NCBI GenBank assembly: GCA_963738545.1
Contig: CAVTXA010000004.1
Coordinates: forward strand, 8,391 to 72,390
Length of the DNA: 64,000 nucleotides
Source of the DNA: an uncultured Acidimicrobiaceae bacterium
GTDB lineage: Bacteria > Actinomycetota > Acidimicrobiia > Acidimicrobiales > RAAP-2
Reading direction: 5' to 3'
Made by a program: the position numbers and the translations under genes. Positions 35,180-43,817 of the stretch are shown piece after piece; within the stretch, counting starts at the first letter, position 1; every line of letters begins with the position of its first letter. The notes under the pieces were generated by a model, which worked only from the letters and a program-made list of their open reading frames with translations, did not search any database and was not told where the DNA came from.

Positions 35180-35850
35180 CCGACACCACCCCGGAGGATC
35201 CGCTCCCCAACGATCCCTTCACCCTCGAGGGCATCATCGCCCAGGAGCCGGTGAAGCCCGTCTGGTACCGGCGGGGATGGGTGCTGGTGGCCGTGGCCGT
35301 CACCGTGCTCATCGTGGCCTCGGTGCTGGTGGACCTGCCCACCAACACCACACCGGCCACCGACACCGCCGACCAGGTGGCGGTGATGAAGCAGATCAAC
35401 TCGGCCATCAGCGGCTGCTCCTACGCCGCCAAGGAGACCTTCACCATCTACCAGGACCTCCAGGCCCACTCGCTCAGCGCCGCCGACGTGGCCCTGACCC
35501 CGTCCATGCTCCGTGACGACCAGTCGGCCTGCTCGTTCACCAGCAGCTCCATCTACGACCTGTCGAACGTCGAGGGCACCGGCACACCGGCGGGCAAGGA
35601 CATCAACCAGGTGGTGAACGTGGCCACCATCTGGGCCACCTCCGACGCCCTGGCCGCCATCGAGGACATCCAGACCCTCAGCACCGACCCGGACAACGCC
35701 GCCGCCCGGGCCGACCTGGCCAAGCGCGAGACCGCCTTGGCCCAGGACCGGGCCAAGGCCGACGGCTTCGTGACGTCGGCCGACCACATCCTGCACGCCA
35801 CCCTGCCCCGGCCCGACCTTCCCAACCTGCCGACCCCCGCCGGCAGCTGA
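35176..35850 (+). CDS. hypothetical single-pass membrane protein
   Basis: The GTG start overlaps the SCO1 stop (GTGA). TM 'WVLVAVAVTVLIVASVLV'. No recognisable family. Confidence 0.5.
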   Translation: MTDTTPEDPLPNDPFTLEGIIAQEPVKPVWYRRGWVLVAVAVTVLIVASVLVDLPTNTTPATDTADQVAVMKQINSAISGCSYAAKETFTIYQDLQAHSLSAADVALTPSMLRDDQSACSFTSSSIYDLSNVEGTGTPAGKDINQVVNVATIWATSDALAAIEDIQTLSTDPDNAAARADLAKRETALAQDRAKADGFVTSADHILHATLPRPDLPNLPTPAGS

Positions 35851-35857
35851 CCCGGGC

Positions 35858-36733
35858 TCACGTCGTGGTCTGACCACCCGGCCCGGTACGCCCCCGCAAC
35901 CGCTCCACCCGGAGCAGGTGGTGGAGCTCCTCGTCGGGATCCTCCTCGGACTGGAGCCACTGGATCAGGTTCCAGAAGACCACGGGGATGAACGCGCACC
36001 CCGAGATGAACCACATCATCCCGGTGCTCAGCTGCTGGTCGGCCGAGAGGCTGAGGCCGGTACCGGCGTGGTGGGTGAAGGCGTGGTACCACGAGGCGTG
36101 GGACAGCCCGACGAGGTAGGCCAGGACCCAGATGGCCCACATGGACACGGCGGCCAGCGCCACCCGGTGGGGACGGGACAGCCGGGGCACCAGCGGCGGG
36201 GACTCCACCAGCTCCAGCCACAGCCCGGTCCCGAGCGCCACCAGGGTCACCGCCTCCACCACCAGCAGCCACGGGTGCCGGATCAGGGCGTCGACGGTGG
36301 CCGGGAATCCTCCAGAGGATGGCCCCGGCCAGATACAGGACGAAGAAGCAGGCGCTCCGGAGCGCCTCGGGGTGGCGACGACGGCCGTGGGCCAACCGGT
36401 CCACGGGCCCGGGACCGGAAGCTGACGCGTGTCCCGGGCCACCGGCTGCATGGGGGAGACTCCTCAGTCCTCGGTCACCGGTCCGTCACGGGAGGCCAGG
36501 CCCAACCGTCGCCACGGAGCGCCCACGGCCACCAGGGCCGGGATGACCACCCCCAGGATCGAGTACTGGATGGCCTCGGCGAACTCGTAGCGCCGGGCCT
36601 GGGTGGCCAGGGGCGGGACCAGGCACAGGATCAGGAGGACGATCGCCACGCCGAGGACCACGTCCCGGAAGGCCCGGTGGGTGTCTGCGTCGAGCGGCTG
36701 CGGGGACCGGTCTGACTCGGCCCCGGTGGTCAC
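35858..36733 (-). pseudogene. caa3-type CtaG-like cytochrome oxidase assembly factor, interrupted (in-frame TGA plus an out-of-frame segment)
   Basis: Collinear with the intact paralog at 41527..42447. 'GAPWRRLGL' ends at the TGA at 36464-36466. 'VDRLAHGRRRHPEALRSACFFVLYLAGAILWRIP' is in another frame (36306-36404). 'ATVDALIRHPW..WFISGCAFIPVVFW' returns to the first frame. Confidence 0.6.
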
Positions 36734-36846
36734 CGGTTGGTGCGCCGTTGGAAGAATCCCCACAAGAGCACCACGAACAGGGTGCCGAGGGGAATGGCCA
36801 GGGTAAGTACCTGGGGCCCGATGAAGGTGTCTGTGGCAAGAGTCAC
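36730..36846 (-). CDS. 38-aa single-TM ORF (VTLATDTFIGPQVLTLAIPLGTLFVVLLWGFFQRRTNR) between ctaE and the CtaG-like gene; too short for the ORF track
   Basis: The GTG start has GAGG about 12 nt upstream. Its TGA overlaps a GTG start of the next gene (GTGA). The position matches that of small oxidase subunits. Confidence 0.35.
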   Translation of the reverse strand: MTLATDTFIGPQVLTLAIPLGTLFVVLLWGFFQRRTNR

Positions 36847-36920
36847 TGGCCGACCAACCTCGCTGTCATTCGCTCATGAACATGGTACCCGGACGGCCGT
36901 TGCGTCAGCCACCACCCGGA

Positions 36921-37598
36921 TCAGATGAGATAGAAGAACGTCCAGAACAGGCCACTGACGACGGCGATGAACCCGAAGAAGTAGGTGCACGCCTCGACGT
37001 TGGCCCGGAACAGCTGGGCCGAGGGCCCGCTCGACGACGAAGGATCCCCGTCGTCGGCGTCGATGCGCTTCAGCCGGTGGCTGAGGGCCAGGTTGGTCTC
37101 GAGCCAGTAGAAGCCGGCGAAGAGCAGCATGAGGTTCATGACGGCCCAGCCGATGAAGCACGAGGCATAGCCGCTGGAGCCGGGGAAGAACGGCAGCTGG
37201 GTGAGTTGCCAGATCTGGAGGCCGAAGGCCACCACCATGCCCAGCACGGCCACCCAACCGCTGACCTGCCAGTCGAGGAGGGAGTCCCGGCGCATGCGCC
37301 ACTGCCCGTAGATGACCAGGAGGGTGGAGGCCAGCACCACGGCGAAGATGGCCCAGCCGATACCGGTGGGGGCGGTGATCTGCTTGGGACGCCACAGGTC
37401 GCCGGAGTTGGCCGACTTCAGGTAGAAGTAGGCGAAGGCCAGCGAGGCGAACAGGAAGGTGAACATCCCGATCAGCAGACGGCCTCCGGTCCAGTAGGAG
37501 CCCACCGCCGCCCGGAGTTCGAACTCCCGTTCCTCGGGGGTCTCGGTGAACAGCGCTGGCTTGTCGGCAGTATCGGTCACCGCGTTGTCTCCACTCAT
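36921..37598 (-). CDS. ctaE: cytochrome c oxidase subunit III
   Basis: Five-helix layout with 'FYLKSAN', 'GFYWLETN' and 'TYFFGFIAVVSGLFW'. The start overlaps the ctaD stop (ATGA). Confidence 0.8.
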   Translation of the reverse strand: MSGDNAVTDTADKPALFTETPEEREFELRAAVGSYWTGGRLLIGMFTFLFASLAFAYFYLKSANSGDLWRPKQITAPTGIGWAIFAVVLASTLLVIYGQWRMRRDSLLDWQVSGWVAVLGMVVAFGLQIWQLTQLPFFPGSSGYASCFIGWAVMNLMLLFAGFYWLETNLALSHRLKRIDADDGDPSSSSGPSAQLFRANVEACTYFFGFIAVVSGLFWTFFYLI

Positions 37599-39587
37599 TG
37601 GGCCGGCGGGCGGGGGTCTTCGGCCACGCTGGCCGGGGAGGATGCTCCGGCGGCCACCAGGGTGCCGTCACCCAGGTCGGCGACCGCGGGGGCGTCGTAC
37701 TCACCGTAGTGATAGGGATCGCTGAGCACGACGGGGATGCGCTCGAAGTTGTAGTACGGCACCGGGGTGGGCGTCTGCCACTCGAGGCCCAACGAGTCCC
37801 AGGGATTGGCCGGCGACGGCGTGGGCTTGATGAAGATCGACCACACGAAGTTGGCCACGAACACGAGGAACGAGGCGCCGAGGATGAAGGCGCTGACCGA
37901 GGCGAAGTCGTTCAGCCCCTGGAGATTGTGGGCGTACTCGAAGACCCGTCGGGGCTGGCCCAGCAGGCCGATGAGGAACATGGGGAAGAAGGTCAGGTTG
38001 AAGAAGATGAACATGAGCCAGAAGTGGATCTTCCCGAGCTTCTTGTTCATGGTCTTGCCCGGTCATCTTCGGGCAGCCAGTAGTAGAGGCCACCGAAGAA
38101 GGCGAAGATCAGACCGCCCATGATCGTGTAGTGGAAGTGGGCCAGCACGAAGAAGCTCCCGTGCACGGTGACGTTCACCGGCACGTCGGAGAGGAAGACC
38201 CCGGTCACCCCGCCGATCAGGAAGTTGAAGAACACGGCGAGGCAGAAGAGCATCGGCACTTCGAACCGTATCTTCGCCTTGTACAGGGTTCCCATCCCCA
38301 CGAGGAAGATGAAGCCGGTCGGGATGGAGATGAGCTCGGTGGTGAGCATGAACAACGGGCGCATGTCCGGGTTGATCCCGCTCTGGAAGAGATGGTGCTG
38401 CCAGACGAAGAAGGAAAGCAGGGCCACGCCCACCATCCCGGCCGCCGCCACCTTGTAGGCGAAGAGCGGCTTTCGGGTGAACACGGGAAGCAGCTCGGCC
38501 ACGATCCCGAATCCGGGCAGCGCCATGATGTACACCTCGGGGTGGCCGAAGAACCAGAACAGGTTCTGCCACAGGAACGAGCTGCCGCCGTGCTCGGTGA
38601 CGTAGAAGGCGGTCTGGGCGGTGTGGTCGAGGATGCCGAACAGCCCCGCGGCCACCAGGGTGGGCGTGGCCAGGGTGAGCAGGGCGCAGGTGGCCAGGAT
38701 GGACCAGACGAAGATCGGGATGCGGCTCCAGGTCATGCCCGGGGCCCGGTAGTTGATGATCGTCACGGCCAGGTTGAAGCCGGCCGTCATCATGCCCAGG
38801 CCGATGACGGCGAAGCCGACCAGGTAGGACATCATGGCCACGCCGGCCTGGGTCTGGAGGGGGGCATACCCGGTCCAACCCGTGGGGAAGCCGCCGTAGA
38901 AGAGGGCGGACATGATGACGAGGTAGCCGGCGGTGAAGACCCAGAAGCTGAAGGCCTCCACGCGGGGGAAGGCCGTCCGGCGGGCCCCGATCATGAGGGG
39001 CACCAGCCAGTTGCCCAAGGGACCGACGATCACCGAGGTGGCCATCATCATCATGACCGTGCCGTGCTCGCTCACGACGGAGATGTAGGTACCGGGGCCG
39101 AAGACGTGGCTGGTGGGCGAGAGGAGCTCGGTGCGGATGGCCATGGCCAGCAGGCCACCGGTGAACAGGAAGAGCAGGACGCCGATGACGTACTGCATGC
39201 CGACCACCTTGTGGTCGGCGGTGTAGCGCAGGTACCGGGTCCAGCTGGTCGACTCGTAGTCGGGCCGCGGCTCCATGCCCACCATCTTGGCCAGCGGGTA
39301 GTTGAGGGCCCCGATGCCCAGCAGCCAACCGATGACCCCGAGCGAGCAGACCGGCGGTGACGGCGATCGAGTTGGCGCCACTGGTTGGAGCACGTTGGGT
39401 AGCCGCTGGCCACCACGTTGCCGAGCCAGTGGCCGAGCAGGTAGCCACCCACGGCCAGGATGGCGGCGGTGCCCAGGTGCTGGCTGAACCAGCCCGGTCG
39501 TGACGGGAGCCCCTGGAACCCGCCCAGCACGGGCGGCGTGGGATCGGGGTAGACGACTTCGGTTTCGCGCTCGGCGGCAAGGGTCAT
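37595..39587 (-). pseudogene. ctaD: cytochrome c oxidase subunit I, with sense distributed over 4 frame segments
   Basis: The central 448-aa ORF carries 'GHPEVYI', 'WQHHLF' and 'HFHYTIMGG'. The N-terminal part (from the ATG at 39587) and the C-terminal part ('MNKKLGKIHFW...') are in other frames. 'KMTG' is encoded out of frame at 38060-38071. The 1993-nt length is not a multiple of 3. Confidence 0.8.
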
Positions 39588-39609
39588 AGCGGGATCGTCA
39601 ACTTTCTCA

Positions 39610-40519
39610 TCATCCGGAGGGAGTCGGCTTTCCGGGGGTGGCGCCGTAGACCTCGGCATTGCTGTAGGGGTCCACGTTGTCGGGGTAGTACCCGCCGTCG
39701 GCACCGTTGGCATCAGGTACGTAGGTCAGGGCGTAGGGCGGGAGGAGCGCTGGTGTTCTTGGCCGTGCGCAGCTGGGTCAGACGTGGCCCAGGTCTCGAA
39801 GGACGACTTGGACACCACGCGTGCCGTAGTTGAACATGGACCCGTGCCAGATCCCGCACAACTCGCTGCAGCGCACGGTGATGTTGCCGGTCTGGCGGGT
39901 CGTGGTGAAGGCCACGTTGTCCTGCTGGGGGTTGGCGTCGGCCTTGACGCTCAACTGGTAGGCCCAGAAGCTGTGGATGACGTCCAACGAGGTCACGTGG
40001 AACTCGATGGTGGTGTCGACCGGGAGCACCAGCTGGCTGGTCTCGAAGCCACCGAACGTCGGGTACCGGTAGGTGAACTTCCACTGCTGGCCGATCACCT
40101 GCACGGGCAGGATGTGGGCCGACGTCGGGGTCCAGATGGGGTTGGGACCCTCACCGCCACCCGAGCCCGCGCCGGTGATGAGGCGCACCGTCCCGAAGGT
40201 GAAGAGGCCCAGCACGATGACCGTGGTAGTCACGATCCAGCCGACCTGCACACCCAGGTTGCGTCCGGGCCGCCGGGCCGCCCACCGGCTCGGGCACCCC
40301 GGGGCGGGAGGACCGCCACGTGATGACGCAGTAGGCCAGGTACACCCACACGGCGATCAGCACCGGGAGGGCGATCATCAAGAGGATGTTGAAGTCGAAC
40401 TGGTTGTCCGACGCCGAGGAGGTCATGGTCCCCGGTGGCACGTGGGGCCCGACCAGGGTGTAGAAGAGCACGTCGGCGATGATGGCCAGGACCAGCCAGA
40501 TGGTCACCATCCGCCACAT
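39610..40519 (-). pseudogene. ctaC: cytochrome c oxidase subunit II (CuA), with multiple frame changes
   Basis: CuA motif 'CSELCGIWHGSM'. The N-terminal TM hairpin is in ORF 40151..40519. The C-terminal sense passes through all three frames ('RVVSKSSFETWATS', 'QLRTAKNTSA', 'LLPPYALTYVPDANG..PSG*'). The 910-nt length is not a multiple of 3. Confidence 0.75.
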
Positions 40520-40613
40520 GTGCCGGGGCTGCGCGCTCCCCGGTTCGGCCCGACCGAGGTGCGGCCGCCGAGCTGCCGACCGCCCTGGTTGTCCGTGGTG
40601 CCGCTGGTCTCGC

Positions 40614-41319
40614 TCACGCCACGACGTCCAGGAAGCCGCCCATGTAGCCCAGCGTGCTCATCGGACCCCCGTTTCCGTACAAGTAGCCACATCCACAGGG
40701 GACGAAGCACTGCCAGCTGTAGCTACCGGGCGCCGGGCGTCACGAAGGAGGACTTCGATGATGTTGGGGCGAAGTTCGTCGAGGCACGGAGCGGAGCTGC
40801 AGGTGTTGTTGGCGTTGCCGTTGACGCCCGACCAGAGGGCACGTTGATGACTCAGGGCCGGCACGGTGAAGGTGTGCCCGACGCCATATTGCCGGTGTTG
40901 GAGTCGTAGTACCGAGATCGGCTTGCCGTTGAGAACCTCGTGGCCCTGAGGGTGCCCTGCACCCGACCCCAGTTCTGGTTGCGCAGCGGGCTGCCCGAGT
41001 CGTACTGGTCGATGGTCAGGTTGATGCGGGTGTGGGCGGGAAGCTGCCAGATGGTCGAGTGGACCCACTGGCCCTGCGGGTTCTGGACCAGATAGGACAC
41101 CCAGACCGGTTGGAAGCCGTAACGTCCGATGGCCGGGACCGTCTGCACGGTCAGTTGGACGGGCGCACCCGGCGGGCGCGACGCGGTGAAGCCACGGTGG
41201 CGCGGCTGGGGCAGGAGGAACCCGACCACGCCCCACACGGCGAAGCCGATGACTACGACGAGGAGACCGAGAACAACGGTGAGCCTTCCCCCGAACGACA
41301 TGTTGCACTCCTCTGCCAT
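40614..41319 (-). pseudogene. membrane-anchored cupredoxin-like protein upstream of ctaC, with sense alternating between frames
   Basis: Protein-like strings alternate between frames: 'GHEVLNGKPISV', 'YYDSNTGNMA', 'VGHTFTVPAL', 'WSGVNGNANNTCSSAPC', 'SSFVTPGA' and 'PGSYSWQCFVPCGCGYLYGNGGPMSTLGYMGGFLDVVA*'. The family call is weak. Confidence 0.45.
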
Positions 41320-41421
41320 GTTGGCAATCCAGCGCCAGCGGTGTGACCCGGCCGACCCCCCGAGGGTCCCGGTCCAGGGATAACGGTCGACCTTTTGTCA
41401 CATTTCTGTAAGGCAGTGCTG

Positions 41422-41450
41422 ACAGTATGCCGAACGGAAGGCCCGGTCAA
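41422..41450 (-). promoter_or_regulatory. sigma-70-like promoter TTGACC-17nt-TACTGT upstream of the oxidase operon
   Basis: Read on the minus strand in an AT-rich patch about 100 nt upstream of the first gene. Confidence 0.35.
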
Positions 41451-41526
41451 GCATCAATTGCCGGCCCGGCCCGGGCGGGTTGGCCGACGTCCCCCGGAAC
41501 CCGCGGCCCCGTTGGGGATCGGCTGT

Positions 41527-42447
41527 TCAGGCGTGGTCGCCCGCCCCCGCCCGCTGGGGCCTCATCTCGGCCACCGAAGGGGGTGGGGTGCGGTGGGCGA
41601 GGCGCTCGAGTACCCCCGACAGCGAGCCTTCCTGGTCGACGGCCCGCTTGATGATGACCACCAGTGCGGGTACCGCCCAGAAGTCGCCGCACACCCACAG
41701 GATGGCCGCTCCGATCTGCTGGTCGGCGAACGGGGACAGGGTCACGCCCGGGAGGTGGGCGTACACCGAGTACCAGCTGGAGGCGGAGAAGATGGAGAGG
41801 GACATGGCGAGGATGAACATCACGATGTTGGTGCTGATGACCGCTCCGGCCTGCCAGATCGGGCTGGCCTTCAGCCGGAACGGGTGGGACGGGATGATCT
41901 GAAGCCAGAAGAGCACCCCGGTGACGAAGAAGCTGCCGTGCATCAGCCAGATGTGCGCGGTCTGGTTGCGCTCCGAGTAGTCGAAGAGGGCGGGGAAGTG
42001 CCACACCACCATCACCAGGTTGAACGAGATCAGCGCGAACCACGGGCTGGTCACCACCCGGCCCACCGGCCGGAGCACCCGTGACCACGACCCCAGCATG
42101 AGAAAGCGGCCCACCTTCCGCCGGGCCCCGACGGGGAGGGCGAACAGCAGGGGGATCCAGGGTGCACCCAGCACGATCAGGATCGGCGCGTAGAAGGCGA
42201 TGAGCAGGTGCTCGAGCATGTGGACGAAGAAGTAGTCGCTCGCCCAATAGTCGATGGGCGAGTCGATGGCTAACAGGAGCACGCCGAGGCCGCCGTAGAA
42301 GGCCAGCGACCGGAGCCGACGGCGCCGGGAGCGGCTCGGGTCGGATCGGTGTCGGAGCCGGGACAGACCGATCTCGTGGGCTACGACCAGCACGGCGACG
42401 ACGATGAGGAAGGGATCGAACGACCAGTTCTGGGTGATGTAGTTCAC
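41527..42447 (-). CDS. caa3-type CtaG-like cytochrome oxidase assembly factor (intact paralog)
   Basis: 306 aa and uninterrupted. '[21 protein letters not shown]', '[11 protein letters not shown]', '[17 protein letters not shown]', '[10 protein letters not shown]'. Confidence 0.75.
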   Translation of the reverse strand: MNYITQNWSFDPFLIVVAVLVVAHEIGLSRLRHRSDPSRSRRRRLRSLAFYGGLGVLLLAIDSPIDYWASDYFFVHMLEHLLIAFYAPILIVLGAPWIPLLFALPVGARRKVGRFLMLGSWSRVLRPVGRVVTSPWFALISFNLVMVVWHFPALFDYSERNQTAHIWLMHGSFFVTGVLFWLQIIPSHPFRLKASPIWQAGAVISTNIVMFILAMSLSIFSASSWYSVYAHLPGVTLSPFADQQIGAAILWVCGDFWAVPALVVIIKRAVDQEGSLSGVLERLAHRTPPPSVAEMRPQRAGAGDHA

Positions 42448-42584
42448 GGTCGCACTCCTCGGCCCGCCTCAGGGGGACGGAACGCCGTCAGGCTATCCGC
42501 TCCCTCCAGCCGGAGGAAGACGTCCCTCCGGGAGTCGGACGCCCCGATCGGGTACGGACGTCGCCCAGGCCGGTGGTCCTGTCG

Positions 42585-43817
42585 TCAACCGGATGATCCG
42601 TACTGGATGGGGACGCTCAGCGACTGAGTCCGCACCCACCCGGTGCCAGCCAAGGCGTAGACCACCAGTGTGGACTGCTGGGACACGAGGGCGTCGTACC
42701 CGCCTTCGGGGGTGCCCGTGACCGAGGCGGTATCCGCCGGTAGGGGCGCCAGGGACTGCCACTCGGTGCCCGATGCGCCGATGTCCGATGCGGACCGCGA
42801 GCCGCCGGTCCCCTTGGTGGCGACGACGAAGCCGCCGCCCACCGTCGTCCCGGTGGAGACCAGGACCCCTCCGGCGAGGGGCAGTCCGGCCGACACCGAC
42901 CAGGTGCGGAGTCCGTTGGAGCTCCACAGGGCCACCACCCGGGCCGAAGCCCCTTCGCCGGCAACCACCAGGGCGCCGGTGGCGCTCGCCGTCTGGTCCA
43001 GGCGGATCACTTCGGTGGGTCCGCTGCCACCACCGGGGATGCCCGGTCCCACCGACTCCCATCCGGTGGGGGTCGAGGCGAAGATCCCGGCCTGGCCCCC
43101 CCGGCTGCACGACGTGCCGACCAGGGGCGTGCCCGACCCGTCATAGGCCACGGCGGTGAGCCCCGTGAGGTGACAGCCACGGGGGCCAGGGAGCGAGGCC
43201 AACGCGTTGGCGCTGGTCACCGACGTCCACGTCGAGAGGTCCTGGTCGTTGCCCAGGACGGTTCCAGCGCTGGTCCGGAGAAGGGCCAGCGAGTGTCCGT
43301 CGCCGTTCTCGGCCAACGCCTCGGGCACCGCCGCCATCCCGGCCGGCAGGATGCCCGAGGACCAGGTGGATCCCTCGTCGGCGCTGCGGGCCAAGGGGGA
43401 GAACCGGAGCGCGTTGGTCGGCTCGAACCCGGCCAGCACCGAGGTCATTCCGGTGGCGGCGACCAGGCCCCCGTTGCTGGCCACGCCGGGAGGGGTGGCC
43501 AGCTCCCAGGGGGAACCACCGCTCAGGGCCAAGAGCTGCCAGAAGGTGTTGAGGGGATCGCTGAGATGGCCCATGGCCAGGGTGGCCCACGTCGTGGAAC
43601 CGACGGTCGAGCTGGTCAGGGGAATCGACGGCAGGCCGCCGGCGGTGCCGAGGGCGGGATCGGCGGGCGGGGAGCTGCCGGACGACGAGCAACCGGCCAG
43701 GACGCCGGCGGCCAGGGCTACGACCAGCGGGGCGGCCAGCCTCCGACGAGCCGAGGACCGGCGCCGACCGGGTGCACGGGGGCGTGGTCCGCCCGTTCCG
43801 GGCCGACGACCGGTCAC
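42585..43817 (-). CDS. lipoprotein with BNR/Asp-box beta-propeller-type repeats (Ycf48/sialidase-like fold)
   Basis: Arg-rich N-terminus and lipobox 'LAGC'. Asp-box 'SADEGSTW' plus degenerate copies ('DLSTW', 'NGLRTW'). Confidence 0.65.
   Translation of the reverse strand: MTGRRPGTGGPRPRAPGRRRSSARRRLAAPLVVALAAGVLAGCSSSGSSPPADPALGTAGGLPSIPLTSSTVGSTTWATLAMGHLSDPLNTFWQLLALSGGSPWELATPPGVASNGGLVAATGMTSVLAGFEPTNALRFSPLARSADEGSTWSSGILPAGMAAVPEALAENGDGHSLALLRTSAGTVLGNDQDLSTWTSVTSANALASLPGPRGCHLTGLTAVAYDGSGTPLVGTSCSRGGQAGIFASTPTGWESVGPGIPGGGSGPTEVIRLDQTASATGALVVAGEGASARVVALWSSNGLRTWSVSAGLPLAGGVLVSTGTTVGGGFVVATKGTGGSRSASDIGASGTEWQSLAPLPADTASVTGTPEGGYDALVSQQSTLVVYALAGTGWVRTQSLSVPIQYGSSG

Noticed and set aside
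34245-41319. Programmed ribosomal frameshifting or transcriptional slippage as an explanation for the frame changes.
   Set aside because: There are too many sites (15 or more) and both shift directions occur. I see no slippery heptamers and no long homopolymer (A/T) tracts. The sites are short G/C runs, which fits indel mutation or sequencing error better.
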